Source: Oscillospiraceae bacterium
Lineage (GTDB): Bacteria > Bacillota > Clostridia > Oscillospirales > Acutalibacteraceae
Length of the DNA stretch: 64,000 nt
Direction: 5' to 3'
Assembly (NCBI GenBank): GCA_031280825.1
Contig: JAITGE010000011.1
Span: 115 to 64,114 of the forward strand
Numbering within the stretch: position 1 is the stretch's first letter; each line of letters opens with the position of its first letter. A model generated the notes under the pieces. The model saw only the letters and a program-made list of their open reading frames with translations. It had not been told where the DNA came from and did not search any database. The position numbers and the translations under genes are program-made. Shown one piece after another: positions 18,409 to 27,475 of this stretch.

Positions 18409-19620
18409 CTATCCTTTCTGCAAAAATAAATGTTCGTAGAGCTTCACAAGCTGCGCGGAACTGCTGTAATCGCCCGCGGCGGCGTTTTCCGCCAAGCGCC
18501 GCCGCTCAGCGGGATCGTTCAGCAGCGCTGCGATACTCTCCGCCGCGCCATCGTTTTCAAGGGGAACAATGCGCGCGTCATAGCCATCCCGCACCTGCGC
18601 GGCGGCGGTGGGGAAGTCCGTCACCGCCACGGGCTTGCCGAGGGTGAGCGCTTCCATGACGGTCACCGCTTTTCCTTCATAGCGCGAGGGCTGCACATAC
18701 AAATCGCAGGCAGCAATATACGGCGCGGGATTTTCGCGCTTGCCCAGGAAGGTGAAGCAATCTGTCACATCCAACTCCCGCGCCAAACGCGGGAGAGCCT
18801 GTTCGTCGCCGCCGTAGCCGATGATATACCAGTGGAAACGAACCTCCATTGCCTTCATTTTTTGCGCAATACGCAGCGCGTTGTCGAAGGCTTTCGCATA
18901 GCAGTTGCGCCCAACGGTCAAAAGGATAGATCCGCCCGGCGGACGCAAAAAATCACTTGGCGAGTAAGCGGCGGCGCGTTCACGCAGCGCGGCGGCATCC
19001 AGTAAATTTTCAAACACAAAACAGCGTTCGCGCAGCGAAGGATGCACATGGCAAAAGCTTTCCAGAACGCCTTGTGAAACGCAGGCAATGCCGTCAAAGC
19101 GTTCCCAAACACGCAAATCCGCCGTGATGTCCAGCGTGGTTTTGGTGAAATCCGTGTGTACCCACGCCAACTTGCGCGGCGCGGCGCAATGATACGCCGC
19201 CAAATGGTGCGGCCATTGGAAGCTGATAACCGCATCGTAGTCGTCGCTTACGCGCGGTAAAAGCCGGTTGGAATTGCTCCAGTACGCCTGCAGCAAAGCA
19301 TAGACCACAGCATCTGAACCGTAGGGCGGGCAGGGGAACCGCCGCCTGATTTTTTGCTTTGCCAGCACTCTTGCGCAGGCAAAAAGCGGATGCTGCGCGG
19401 CAATGGCTGCAATCGGACGCAAAAAGGTTGCCAGCTTCGCGTTTTCCGGTAGCAAGCGGATGCCTTGCGGTATTTCCCGCAGCAGCGGTCCTGTGTGCGA
19501 GCACAGCAGCAGATCCACATCAATATGTGAAAGCTCCAGTCCGCGCAGCAGCTCGATTAAGCTGCGTTCAATCCCGCCGATTTCCATGCAAAAGCTCGTG
19601 ATGAGCAGCTTTTTTTTCAT
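18409..19620 (-). CDS. Glycosyltransferase family 4 (GT-B), paralog of the neighbouring gene
   Basis: 403 aa. GGIERSLIELL and YVQPSRYEGKAVTVMEALTLGKPV. The ATG overlaps the ilvN stop (ATGA). Confidence 0.85.
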   Translation of the reverse strand: MKKKLLITSFCMEIGGIERSLIELLRGLELSHIDVDLLLCSHTGPLLREIPQGIRLLPENAKLATFLRPIAAIAAQHPLFACARVLAKQKIRRRFPCPPYGSDAVVYALLQAYWSNSNRLLPRVSDDYDAVISFQWPHHLAAYHCAAPRKLAWVHTDFTKTTLDITADLRVWERFDGIACVSQGVLESFCHVHPSLRERCFVFENLLDAAALRERAAAYSPSDFLRPPGGSILLTVGRNCYAKAFDNALRIAQKMKAMEVRFHWYIIGYGGDEQALPRLARELDVTDCFTFLGKRENPAPYIAACDLYVQPSRYEGKAVTVMEALTLGKPVAVTDFPTAAAQVRDGYDARIVPLENDGAAESIAALLNDPAERRRLAENAAAGDYSSSAQLVKLYEHLFLQKG

Positions 19621-20141
19621 GACAAAGCATCGGGCAGACGGCTTTTCTTCAGCTTATAGCGCGGTTCCCCACGCTGCAATGCCGTTATGCCTGTGCGGCA
19701 CATCTCCAGCAGCGGGTGCTGCGCCAGCATTTCCAGGAAAGCGTCAATTTTCTCCGGCTCGCCCGTTAGCTCGAAAATCATGCTGCCGGGCGAAAGATCA
19801 ATGATTTTTGCTTTGTAAACGGTTGCGATTTCGCGCAGGGCAGGGCGGGTGGCTTCATCCGCCCCGACCTTTACGAGCAGCAACTCGCGCAAAACGCCCA
19901 TGCCTGGCTCAATATGGAATACCGCGCGGGTTTCCGTTAGCTTTTCGGTTTGCCGCAGGATTTGCTCCAGTTCTGTTGCGTCGCCGCGCACAACAATGGT
20001 GACGCGCGAAAGCCCGGCGTCGTCCGTCGCCGAAACACTCAGGGAATCGATATTAAAGCCCCGTCTGCCAAACAGGGAGGATACCCTCGCCAGCACCCCG
20101 GCGTGGTTATCCACCAAAACACTCAAAACATTGCGTGACAT
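19617..20141 (-). CDS. ilvN: Acetolactate synthase small (regulatory) subunit
   Basis: 174 aa, colinear with E. coli IlvH as recalled (LSVLVDNHAGVLARVSSLFGRRGFNIDSLSV..TDD..LSRVTIVV). Confidence 0.85.
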   Translation of the reverse strand: MSRNVLSVLVDNHAGVLARVSSLFGRRGFNIDSLSVSATDDAGLSRVTIVVRGDATELEQILRQTEKLTETRAVFHIEPGMGVLRELLLVKVGADEATRPALREIATVYKAKIIDLSPGSMIFELTGEPEKIDAFLEMLAQHPLLEMCRTGITALQRGEPRYKLKKSRLPDALS

Positions 20142-20146
20142 GCCAT

Positions 20147-20767
20147 TTACTCCTTTGTTAGGTTGAAGCCAAGCCGATGCACAGGGCTTGCGCCGTATTC
20201 CTTTAAAGCGATATAATGCGCTTTTGTTCCATAGCCCTTGTGCCGGGCAAAGCCATATTGCGGGTAGAGCGCGTCCAATTCCAGCATCGTCCTATCGCGC
20301 GAAACCTTTGCTAAAACCGAGGCGGCGGCTATGGAGGCGCAGAGCGCGTCCCCCTTCACAACCGTTTGGCAGGGGATTGCCAGCGGCGGCGCACGGTTAC
20401 CGTCCACCAGGGCAAAAGCTGCAGGGGAGGGGAGTCCTTCCACGGCACGGCGCATGGCAAGCAATGCCGCGCCAAGGATATTCAGCCGCGCAATCTCCTC
20501 CAAATTTGCCGAAGCGACGCGATAAGCAACCGCGCCGGCCGTGATGCTTTCAAATAACGCGTCGCGGCGCTTTTCTGTCAGCTGCTTGGAGTCGTTCAAG
20601 CCCGGCGGAATCCACCCTTCAGGCAAAATCACGGCGGCGGCATAAACATCGCCCGCCAGCGGACCGCGCCCGACTTCATCCACACCGCAAACCGCCGCGT
20701 AGCCGCGCCGCGCGATTTCGGCTTCAAACGGCTGAAAGCTGTGTTCCGGCAAGCTGTTCAAGCACAT
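20147..20767 (-). CDS. rnhB: Ribonuclease HII
   Basis: 206 aa with the GVDEVGRGPLAGDV catalytic motif. The listed start overlaps the thrC 3' end by 44 nt, so the true start may be later. Confidence 0.85.
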   Translation of the reverse strand: MCLNSLPEHSFQPFEAEIARRGYAAVCGVDEVGRGPLAGDVYAAAVILPEGWIPPGLNDSKQLTEKRRDALFESITAGAVAYRVASANLEEIARLNILGAALLAMRRAVEGLPSPAAFALVDGNRAPPLAIPCQTVVKGDALCASIAAASVLAKVSRDRTMLELDALYPQYGFARHKGYGTKAHYIALKEYGASPVHRLGFNLTKE

Positions 20768-22268
20768 ACTCCTTCATCTTCCATGGTGAGCAGTTATCCG
20801 TGAAGCGAACCGCTTTATCGCGCAACCGCTTCAGCGGCGTGGGGCAGGGGACACCCGTGAGCGCCTCCAGCGCTACGACGGCGGAAAATTCATCCCCACC
20901 TTCCGGTTCGTTCCCCGTGATTGCGCCCAATACGCTGGCAGCAAATTTGTAGGGGCTGGCGGTGGAAACAACCACCGCCGGGGCGGTGTCGCCCGTCGTG
21001 TTACGGTAATCCTCCAGCACACGCAGCGCAACGGCGGTATGCGTATCGGCAAGATAACCGCAGCGCGTGTAATACTGATGAATCGTGTTCTTGGTCTGCG
21101 TATCATTACAAGCGCCGCCAATAAAGGTTTCATTTAACTCCGCCAGTAGCTCCGGCGGGATCTCATACGTTCCGGTTGCCGCAAGTTGTTTCATCCAGCC
21201 CGCAATTTTTTCACAATCTCCACCTGTCGCCAGCCAGAGCAGCCGCTCAAGGTTGCTGGAAATCAAGATATCCATGGACGGCGAAAGGGTTGTGAAAAAC
21301 GGACGGTTGCGGTCATAGCGCCCTGTTGCAAAAAAATCCGCTAAAATACGGTTGCGGTTGGAGGCGCAGATCAGTTTATCGATGGGCAGCCCCATTTGCT
21401 TGGCAAAATAACCTGCCAAGATATTCCCAAAGTTGCCCGTTGGCACCGCAAAATGCACCGCCTCACCCGGCCACAGGCGCTTCTGGTTGCGCAGATCGCA
21501 ATATGCGCTCACATAGTAAACGATTTGCGGCACAAGCCGCCCCCAATTGATAGAGTTTGCGGAGGAAAAGACCCGCCCCGTTTTTGCCATCGTTTCACGG
21601 AGCGCCGCATCTGTGAAAATCTCTTTGATGCCGCTTTGCGCGTCGTCAAAATTACCGCTTACTCCCGCAACGAGAACGTTGCCGCCTTCCTGCGTAACCA
21701 TTTGCAGCTTTTGCACAGCGCTGACGCCGTCACCGGGGTAAAAGACCATGATGCGCGTCCCGGGGACGTCACGGAAGCCCTCCAGCGCTGCCTTGCCCGT
21801 GTCGCCCGAGGTCGCTACCAGAATGACGATTTCTTTGCCTTGCTGCGTTTTTGCGGCGGAAGCCGTGAGTAAATATGGCAGCAATTGCAGCGCCAAATCT
21901 TTAAAGGCGCAGGTCGGTCCGTGGAAGAGTTCCAACACCGAAAGCGCGCCGCCTTGGCTTGGCAGCGGGCGAACCGGCGCGACGGCAGGGCTTGTGAAGC
22001 CGCTCTCATATGCTGCGCGCGCACATTGGGATACCTGCTCACGCTTCCAGCCGCTGCTTGTGCTGCCGCCGTCCTCGGTTAAAAATTTCGCAAGGATATG
22101 CTCCGCGCGGCCGATATAATCCAGCCGCGCCAGAACGTCCAGCTCGCCCGGCGTAAATTTCGGTATGCTTTCCGGCACAAACAAACCGCCCTCGCGCGAG
22201 ATGCCTTGGGCAATCGCCTGCGCGGCGGTAACGCGAACCTTGCTCTCGCGTGTGCTGGTATAAAGCAT
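20724..22268 (-). CDS. thrC: Threonine synthase (long form)
   Basis: 514 aa. MLYTSTR N-terminus and the PLP-lysine motif FHGPTCAFKD. Confidence 0.9.
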   Translation of the reverse strand: MLYTSTRESKVRVTAAQAIAQGISREGGLFVPESIPKFTPGELDVLARLDYIGRAEHILAKFLTEDGGSTSSGWKREQVSQCARAAYESGFTSPAVAPVRPLPSQGGALSVLELFHGPTCAFKDLALQLLPYLLTASAAKTQQGKEIVILVATSGDTGKAALEGFRDVPGTRIMVFYPGDGVSAVQKLQMVTQEGGNVLVAGVSGNFDDAQSGIKEIFTDAALRETMAKTGRVFSSANSINWGRLVPQIVYYVSAYCDLRNQKRLWPGEAVHFAVPTGNFGNILAGYFAKQMGLPIDKLICASNRNRILADFFATGRYDRNRPFFTTLSPSMDILISSNLERLLWLATGGDCEKIAGWMKQLAATGTYEIPPELLAELNETFIGGACNDTQTKNTIHQYYTRCGYLADTHTAVALRVLEDYRNTTGDTAPAVVVSTASPYKFAASVLGAITGNEPEGGDEFSAVVALEALTGVPCPTPLKRLRDKAVRFTDNCSPWKMKEYVLEQLAGTQLSAV

Positions 22269-22298
22269 GGATTCATCCCCCTGTGTAGTTTACGGTGT

Positions 22299-22327
22299 AT
22301 TGTAGCATGAAACAGCAATAAAAGCAA
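22299..22327 (-). promoter_or_regulatory. Candidate sigma-A promoter of thrC
   Basis: Minus strand: TTGCTT, 17 nt, TACAAT, ending ~30 nt upstream of the thrC ATG (RBS GGGGGA). Confidence 0.55.
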
Positions 22328-22567
22328 GCGTTTTTACCGGTTTGGCGGTGACAGCAGGGGAGAGAGGCGGGAGTGTGCGGTGTTTTAACGTGGATCCGTG
22401 CCTTGAGTCTCGAAAATTCCTTCTTTAATAGCGGCGGATACGCTATGCGTACATAAAGTATACTGCTTACGGGTGCACAGCAACAGCGCCAGCCGGTGGC
22501 GCGGGGGATTGTAGGCAAACGAAACGCAAAGGCGAAACTAACTTCGCAAAACTTTTTAGCAGGGGAG

Positions 22568-23884
22568 TCACTCTAGAAGCTTTGCGGTGCAGCTGTCATC
22601 CTCCACAGAAATAATTTCCACCTGTGCAATGCGGTTTTTTGGCGGCACATCGTCTGCTGCCGCAGCCGCGTTGGTCAAAACGCGCACGGGCGTATAGTTC
22701 GACGTGTACCCCTGCCAGCCACCGAGGGGATGGGGTTGTTCCAGCAACACAGCCGTGCGCTTGCCAACCTGCGAGGCAAGAAACGCGCCGCGCAATTCGG
22801 CAGCCACATCCAAAAGGGCATGGGCACGTTGCTGTTTTTTCGATTTACTACACTGATGCGGAAAATCGGCAGCCGGCGTGCCTTTGCGTGGGGAATACGG
22901 GAACACATGCACTTTTGCAAATTCGCTTTCGCGCACGAAAGTGAGTGTTTCCGCAAAATCCGCGTCGCTTTCACCGGGGAACCCGACAATTACATCTGTT
23001 GTAAGCGCCGCATCCGGAAAACGTAATTTTATTTCGCGCATTAAATCGAAGAACTCTTTTGCTGTATAGTGTCGACGCATGGCGCGTAAGGTCTTGTCGC
23101 AACCGCTTTGCAGGGAAATATGAAAGTGGTTGCATAACGATTTAAAACACAAAAGCGTTTCAAGCGTTTTTGCTGATAGATAATTTGGCTCCAGCGAACC
23201 CAACCGCACACGCGCAATGCCTGGTGTTGCATCCGCCAACCGCACTGCGTCGCAAAGCTCGCAACCCAAATCACGCCCATAGGCTGAAAGATTGATGCCC
23301 ACCAGAACGACCTCCGCAAAGCCTTGCGCAGCAATCCCTTGCAGTTCTTTTTGCAACGCAGGCAGAGGCTTTGAACGAACTGGACCGCGAGCATGGGGGA
23401 TAATGCAGTAGGCGCAAAAACGGTCACAGCCATCTTCAATTTTGACGGTTGCGCGCGTACGCTGCAGCCCTGCTACAGTGATTGCTTCTGTGTCAAACGA
23501 TTCACCAAGATGATGTGATGAAACGGAGACGATGCGCTGCCCGCATCGCAAAAAAGCATCTAAATGCGCGGGTAAAGCCTGTGCGTCATGGTGCCCTAAA
23601 AGCAAATCAGCATCCGGGTAATCATACGCGGCACGGGGATTCGTCTGCACAGCGCATCCTGTTAACACAAGAATTGCGTCGCGATTTAATACGCGAAACC
23701 CCCGGAGCTTTTGCCGCACCTTCCGCTCGCTTTCCGCCGTTACAGCGCAGGAATTGAGAAGAATCACATCAGCGCTTTCTATTGCTAAAGCGTCTGTGTG
23801 CCCTGCGATCAGCAACGCTGCCCGCAGGGCCTGCGTATCACTTTGGTTCACCTTGCAGCCCAAAGTATAAAAGAACACTTTCAC
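22568..23884 (-). CDS. mtaB: Radical-SAM tRNA methylthiotransferase (MtaB/MiaB family)
   Basis: 438 aa from a GTG preceded by AAAGGA. N-terminus KVFFYTLGCKVNQ, radical SAM box CDRFCAYCIIP, C-terminal TRAM-like region. Confidence 0.8.
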   Translation of the reverse strand: MKVFFYTLGCKVNQSDTQALRAALLIAGHTDALAIESADVILLNSCAVTAESERKVRQKLRGFRVLNRDAILVLTGCAVQTNPRAAYDYPDADLLLGHHDAQALPAHLDAFLRCGQRIVSVSSHHLGESFDTEAITVAGLQRTRATVKIEDGCDRFCAYCIIPHARGPVRSKPLPALQKELQGIAAQGFAEVVLVGINLSAYGRDLGCELCDAVRLADATPGIARVRLGSLEPNYLSAKTLETLLCFKSLCNHFHISLQSGCDKTLRAMRRHYTAKEFFDLMREIKLRFPDAALTTDVIVGFPGESDADFAETLTFVRESEFAKVHVFPYSPRKGTPAADFPHQCSKSKKQQRAHALLDVAAELRGAFLASQVGKRTAVLLEQPHPLGGWQGYTSNYTPVRVLTNAAAAADDVPPKNRIAQVEIISVEDDSCTAKLLE

Positions 23885-24005
23885 GTGATAAATTCCTTTC
23901 GTTAATGTCGATGATGTCAATGAATGCATGATAATAGCAATGGTGAAGTATGAACCGCCGTTGCTAGGCATATGAATGAGCGAAAACAATCAAAGGGGTG
24001 TTTAT

Positions 24006-25238
24006 ATGCTAGGGAAGAAATATCCGCATCGCTTTATAAAGGGGTTGGTGTCTGCCATTGCAGTATTGCTGTTGCTGCATGGAAGCTCATCAATTTACAT
24101 CGCTAAAGAATCGGAAATTCCAGCAACGGAAGCAAAAGCGACGCCGCAAGCGCAAACATCGGATAGCACGCTGCCAGTAGAAATTGCCGCAAAGGCGGCT
24201 GTCCTCATGGATGCCGGAACAGGTAAGCTGCTGGTGAACTATAACCCGGACGCGCGGTTGTTCCCGGCCTCGGTCACAAAAATCATGCCGCTTTTGCTGG
24301 TGGGGGAAGCCATAGACAGCGGCAAAATCAAGCTCAGCGACCCTGTAACGGTCAGCGCGGCAGCTGCGGGCAAGGGCGGTTCGCAGATCTGGCTCAAGGA
24401 AGGCGAAACCATGACCGTGGAAGAACTGGTGAAAGCAACAGCGATTTACAGCGCGAATGATGCTTGCACGGCATTGGGTGAGTTCCTTGCCGGGAGCGAA
24501 GAAGGCATTGTCAAAATGATGAATGACCGCGCAAAGGAATTGGGAATGCGGAACACAACGTTTGTGAATTGCACGGGCTTGGATGACGACACCACGGAGC
24601 ACCTGACGACCGCGCGGGATATTGCTATCATGAGTCGGGAGCTGCTCAAACATGATTCGGTGATCCGGTTTTCTTCTATCTGGATGGATTCGTTGCGCGA
24701 CGGCAAAACAGAACTGGTGAACACAAACCGCCTCGTGCGCTTTTATGAAGGAGCAACGGGGCTGAAGACTGGCACAACAAGCAAGGCGGGCTGCTGCATT
24801 TCCGCCAGTGCGCTGCGTGAGGGAACGCATCTCGTCGCAGTTGTTTTAGGCAGCGAAAGCAGCAATGATCGCTTTGACACGGCAAAGCGCTTACTGAACT
24901 GGGGCTTTGCAAACTATGCCAGCGTCGTTCCGGAAATTGATCCCGCAGCATTTGCACAGGTGCGCGTGCTGCGCGGTGCGCAACGTTGGATTGTGCCGGA
25001 GCTTCCGGAAGCGATTCGTATCCTCGTGCCAAAGGGAAGCGAGAAGGATTTGCAGCAGCAAATTGATTTGCCATTGGATGTGCAAGCGCCTGTGGAAGCG
25101 GGGCAGACGCTGGGAAAGATTTCTATACTTTTGGACGGTGAAGTGCTTGGCAGCTTCCCACTGAAAGCGGCGGCTTCGGTAGCAAAGCTGGATTTTAAAA
25201 CAGCGTTGCTGCGTGCTCTTTGCGCTTTAGTTGGATAA
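24006..25238 (+). CDS. D-alanyl-D-alanine carboxypeptidase (S11, PBP5-type)
   Basis: 410 aa from the ATG after AAGGGG. Signal/TM segment, SxxK (SVTK), SxN (SAND), KTG (KTGTT). Confidence 0.9.
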   Translation: MLGKKYPHRFIKGLVSAIAVLLLLHGSSSIYIAKESEIPATEAKATPQAQTSDSTLPVEIAAKAAVLMDAGTGKLLVNYNPDARLFPASVTKIMPLLLVGEAIDSGKIKLSDPVTVSAAAAGKGGSQIWLKEGETMTVEELVKATAIYSANDACTALGEFLAGSEEGIVKMMNDRAKELGMRNTTFVNCTGLDDDTTEHLTTARDIAIMSRELLKHDSVIRFSSIWMDSLRDGKTELVNTNRLVRFYEGATGLKTGTTSKAGCCISASALREGTHLVAVVLGSESSNDRFDTAKRLLNWGFANYASVVPEIDPAAFAQVRVLRGAQRWIVPELPEAIRILVPKGSEKDLQQQIDLPLDVQAPVEAGQTLGKISILLDGEVLGSFPLKAAASVAKLDFKTALLRALCALVG

Positions 25239-25269
25239 ATTTGCTTTCACGTACTGAAGTGTTCGTCGG

Positions 25270-25304
25270 CGGCTGTGCGGCGCAACCCGCATAGCCGTTT
25301 TGTT
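25270..25304 (+). terminator. Rho-independent terminator after the carboxypeptidase gene
   Basis: CGGCTGTGCGG-cgcaac-CCGCATAGCCG (11-bp stem with one G-U pair) followed by TTTTGTT. Confidence 0.8.
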
Positions 25305-25398
25305 CAGGAATATCCCGCGCGTCTTGCACATAGACATGAAAAAAGAAAATGCGGACAAGAAAGCGAACGCCGGAAAATCGAAAGGACGGAACAAGCGA

Positions 25399-26088
25399 AT
25401 GAAATGGATTGCAGCCTTCCCAAATTTACGCGATCTCTTGCCACGCCGCAAACCACTGGGCATCCCAACTCACCTGCCCGGCGCGATGGTCGAAAAAAGT
25501 GCCGAAACCATCCGGCTGCATTGGCAGAAGCTTGCCCTTTTGGGGTTGTTTGGGCTTGGGCTGTTCCTAGGTGCAAGGATGGCGAACGGCAGTGCGCCCG
25601 ATTGGCAGGCGCAATTGGTGCAGCTGCTGCGTTCGGAGCGCTTTGGGCAAGCGCAGCAGAGCCTGCTGGGCAATGCCTTGGGATACTTTTTTGCTGACGG
25701 ACTGTTTCTCTTGGCAGCGTATTTGTTTGGACTTTGCGCGGCAGGCTTGCCTTTCGTGCTTGCGCTGCCGGTGATTCGCGGCTTGGGGCTGGGCGCGGTC
25801 AGCGGTTGGCTCTTTGCGCAATATGGCTTGAGCGGCTTGGGTTACAGCATTCTTGTGCTGTTTCCCTCGGCAGTGCTTTCCATGCTGGTGATGCTTGCTG
25901 CCTGCAAAGAAAGCATGCTCATGAGCGGCGATATGTTGCTCATCGCAAGCGGAAAATCGGATCGCGTGGAAAGCAATTTCCGGATGTTTACCGCCCGCTA
26001 CTTTGTGCTACTACTGCTTTGCGCAGGCGCTGCGATCCTCGACGCCGCTTGCTTCCGCGCGTTTTCCGGAATGTTTCCGGCAATCTGA
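25399..26088 (+). CDS. Polytopic membrane protein, SpoIIM-like (tentative)
   Basis: About 229 aa with 5-6 TM segments. Position next to a Xer-type recombinase recalls the B. subtilis spoIIM-fur-ripX neighbourhood. Weak sigma-E-like ATA, 16 nt, CATAgACA at 25310..25336. Start chosen after the terminator. Confidence 0.4.
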   Translation: MKWIAAFPNLRDLLPRRKPLGIPTHLPGAMVEKSAETIRLHWQKLALLGLFGLGLFLGARMANGSAPDWQAQLVQLLRSERFGQAQQSLLGNALGYFFADGLFLLAAYLFGLCAAGLPFVLALPVIRGLGLGAVSGWLFAQYGLSGLGYSILVLFPSAVLSMLVMLAACKESMLMSGDMLLIASGKSDRVESNFRMFTARYFVLLLLCAGAAILDAACFRAFSGMFPAI

Positions 26089-26120
26089 TAGCAAGCGTTG
26101 GCGCGCGTCGAAACGCGGCG

Positions 26121-27137
26121 TCATCCGTCGGTATCCGGTTGAACGCCTTCCATGGCCAGCGGATTTTTCTCCACAGCCTCGCGCAACTGACGGCTCGCCA
26201 AATGGGTATAGATCTCCGTGGTCGTAAGATTTTCGTGTCCAAGGATTTCTTTGAGCTGCAGTACGTCCACATCGTTTTGATATAGCAGTGTCGCCGCCGT
26301 GTGGCGCAGCTTATGGACGGAATAGCCGCGTCCGTCAAGACCTGCCAGCTTCAGGTATTTTTCCAGCATCAGCTCCACTGAACGCTGGTTGATGCGACGG
26401 TTGTTGCGGCTGATAAACAGCGCATCCCGATCCTTCTGTTGCACAGAATCCTGCGGGCGCACGCGTAAGTATCGCCCAATAGCGGCAATGCAGGCGTGGT
26501 TCAGGTAGACCACGCGTTCCTTGCTGCCCTTGCCGCGAATGCGCAGTGTTCCTTCCTGCAACCGGATATCCGGTAAATTGATACCGCATAGCTCCGAAAG
26601 ACGCATGCCGCAATTCAGAAATAGAATCAACATGCAGCTGTCGCGTTCACGGTAATCGCCTTCAACGGCATCTAGCAGGGATCGGCATTCTTCCAAAGAA
26701 AGGTATTTCGGCAGCGTCTTGTCAATTTTCGGCGATGTCAGCTCCTCCATGGGGTTGGATTCCAAAATATGCCGCGAAACGACCAGCCAGCGAAAGAAGC
26801 GATTGATGGAAACAGTCTTGCGGGCGCGGGTGCGGGGATTGTTGTCGCGTTCCGTGCGGCAATAGGCAAGAAATTCTGTCGCGATTTGCACGGAAATCGC
26901 GCCAAAGAAGTCTTCAGCGGGCTTGCCGTCGATCCAACTGAGGTTTTCAGCGTCATAATCCACGCCGGGGAAGCAGTGCGCGCACAACGCCGGCTCGTGT
27001 TCTACGATAAAAGCAAAAAAACAGCGTAAATCGGAGGCGTATTCCAGGATCGTCAGATCCGCCTTGCTCAGGTTGGTCAGGTAATCCAAATAATAGCGCA
27101 CCAAGGGCGGGAGGGTATGAAAATCATCGCGTTTCAT
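26121..27137 (-). CDS. Tyrosine site-specific recombinase, Xer family (XerD/XerS-like)
   Basis: 338 aa. Catalytic region GMRLSEL, HKLRHTAAT, LGHENLTTTEIYTH. The N-terminal domain is extended relative to ~300-aa XerC/D. Confidence 0.9.
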   Translation of the reverse strand: MKRDDFHTLPPLVRYYLDYLTNLSKADLTILEYASDLRCFFAFIVEHEPALCAHCFPGVDYDAENLSWIDGKPAEDFFGAISVQIATEFLAYCRTERDNNPRTRARKTVSINRFFRWLVVSRHILESNPMEELTSPKIDKTLPKYLSLEECRSLLDAVEGDYRERDSCMLILFLNCGMRLSELCGINLPDIRLQEGTLRIRGKGSKERVVYLNHACIAAIGRYLRVRPQDSVQQKDRDALFISRNNRRINQRSVELMLEKYLKLAGLDGRGYSVHKLRHTAATLLYQNDVDVLQLKEILGHENLTTTEIYTHLASRQLREAVEKNPLAMEGVQPDTDG

Positions 27138-27162
27138 AGGAGACTCTCCATCTCTTAGATTA

Positions 27163-27190
27163 ACTTCGCATAATTCATATTTTACGAATC
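27163..27190. other. Candidate dif-like recombinase core site (11-6-11)
   Basis: ACTTCGCATAA-TTCATA-TTTTACGAATC. The arms are imperfect inverted repeats (7/11). The site lies 26-53 nt upstream of the recombinase ATG. Confidence 0.4.
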
Positions 27191-27234
27191 TTAGGGCTTA
27201 GAAGGCGAATACGGGCACATGCGGGCTATGCGCT

Positions 27235-27263
27235 ATTTTAACACAACCCTGCGCGTGCGTCAA
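27235..27263 (-). promoter_or_regulatory. Candidate sigma-A promoter of the recombinase gene
   Basis: Minus strand: TTGACG, 17 nt, TAAAAT, about 100 nt upstream of the ATG. Confidence 0.55.
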
Positions 27264-27475
27264 CGCCCACGCAAAATCCGCAGAAAACACGGCGCTAACT
27301 CCTGCCAGTATTCCAGCCGCACCCGCGCTTCCAGAAGCTCCAGCAGGTCGAGCGCATCCACCTGCCGCTCCTGACACAGACGGTAACGGCACATCTGCAC
27401 GTATGCCGCTTCTACCCTGTCATGTTCCCACATCACGAGGTTCGACAACTGCAGCAGCTTGTCTTCAGCGGTCAT
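27260..27475 (-). CDS. Hypothetical 71-aa helical protein
   Basis: The ATG overlaps the stop of the Zot-like gene (ATGA). No family recognised. Confidence 0.45.
   Translation of the reverse strand: MTAEDKLLQLSNLVMWEHDRVEAAYVQMCRYRLCQERQVDALDLLELLEARVRLEYWQELAPCFLRILRGR

Noticed and set aside
22269-22567. T-box or amino-acid riboswitch upstream of thrC.
   Set aside because: The best promoter leaves a leader of only ~25 nt. I found no specifier-loop/T-box motif or terminator/antiterminator pair.
26089-26120. Bidirectional terminator between the SpoIIM-like gene and the recombinase gene.
   Set aside because: Only 4-5-bp stems (CGCG-tcgaaa-CGCG) are present, with no U-tract. This is too weak to call.
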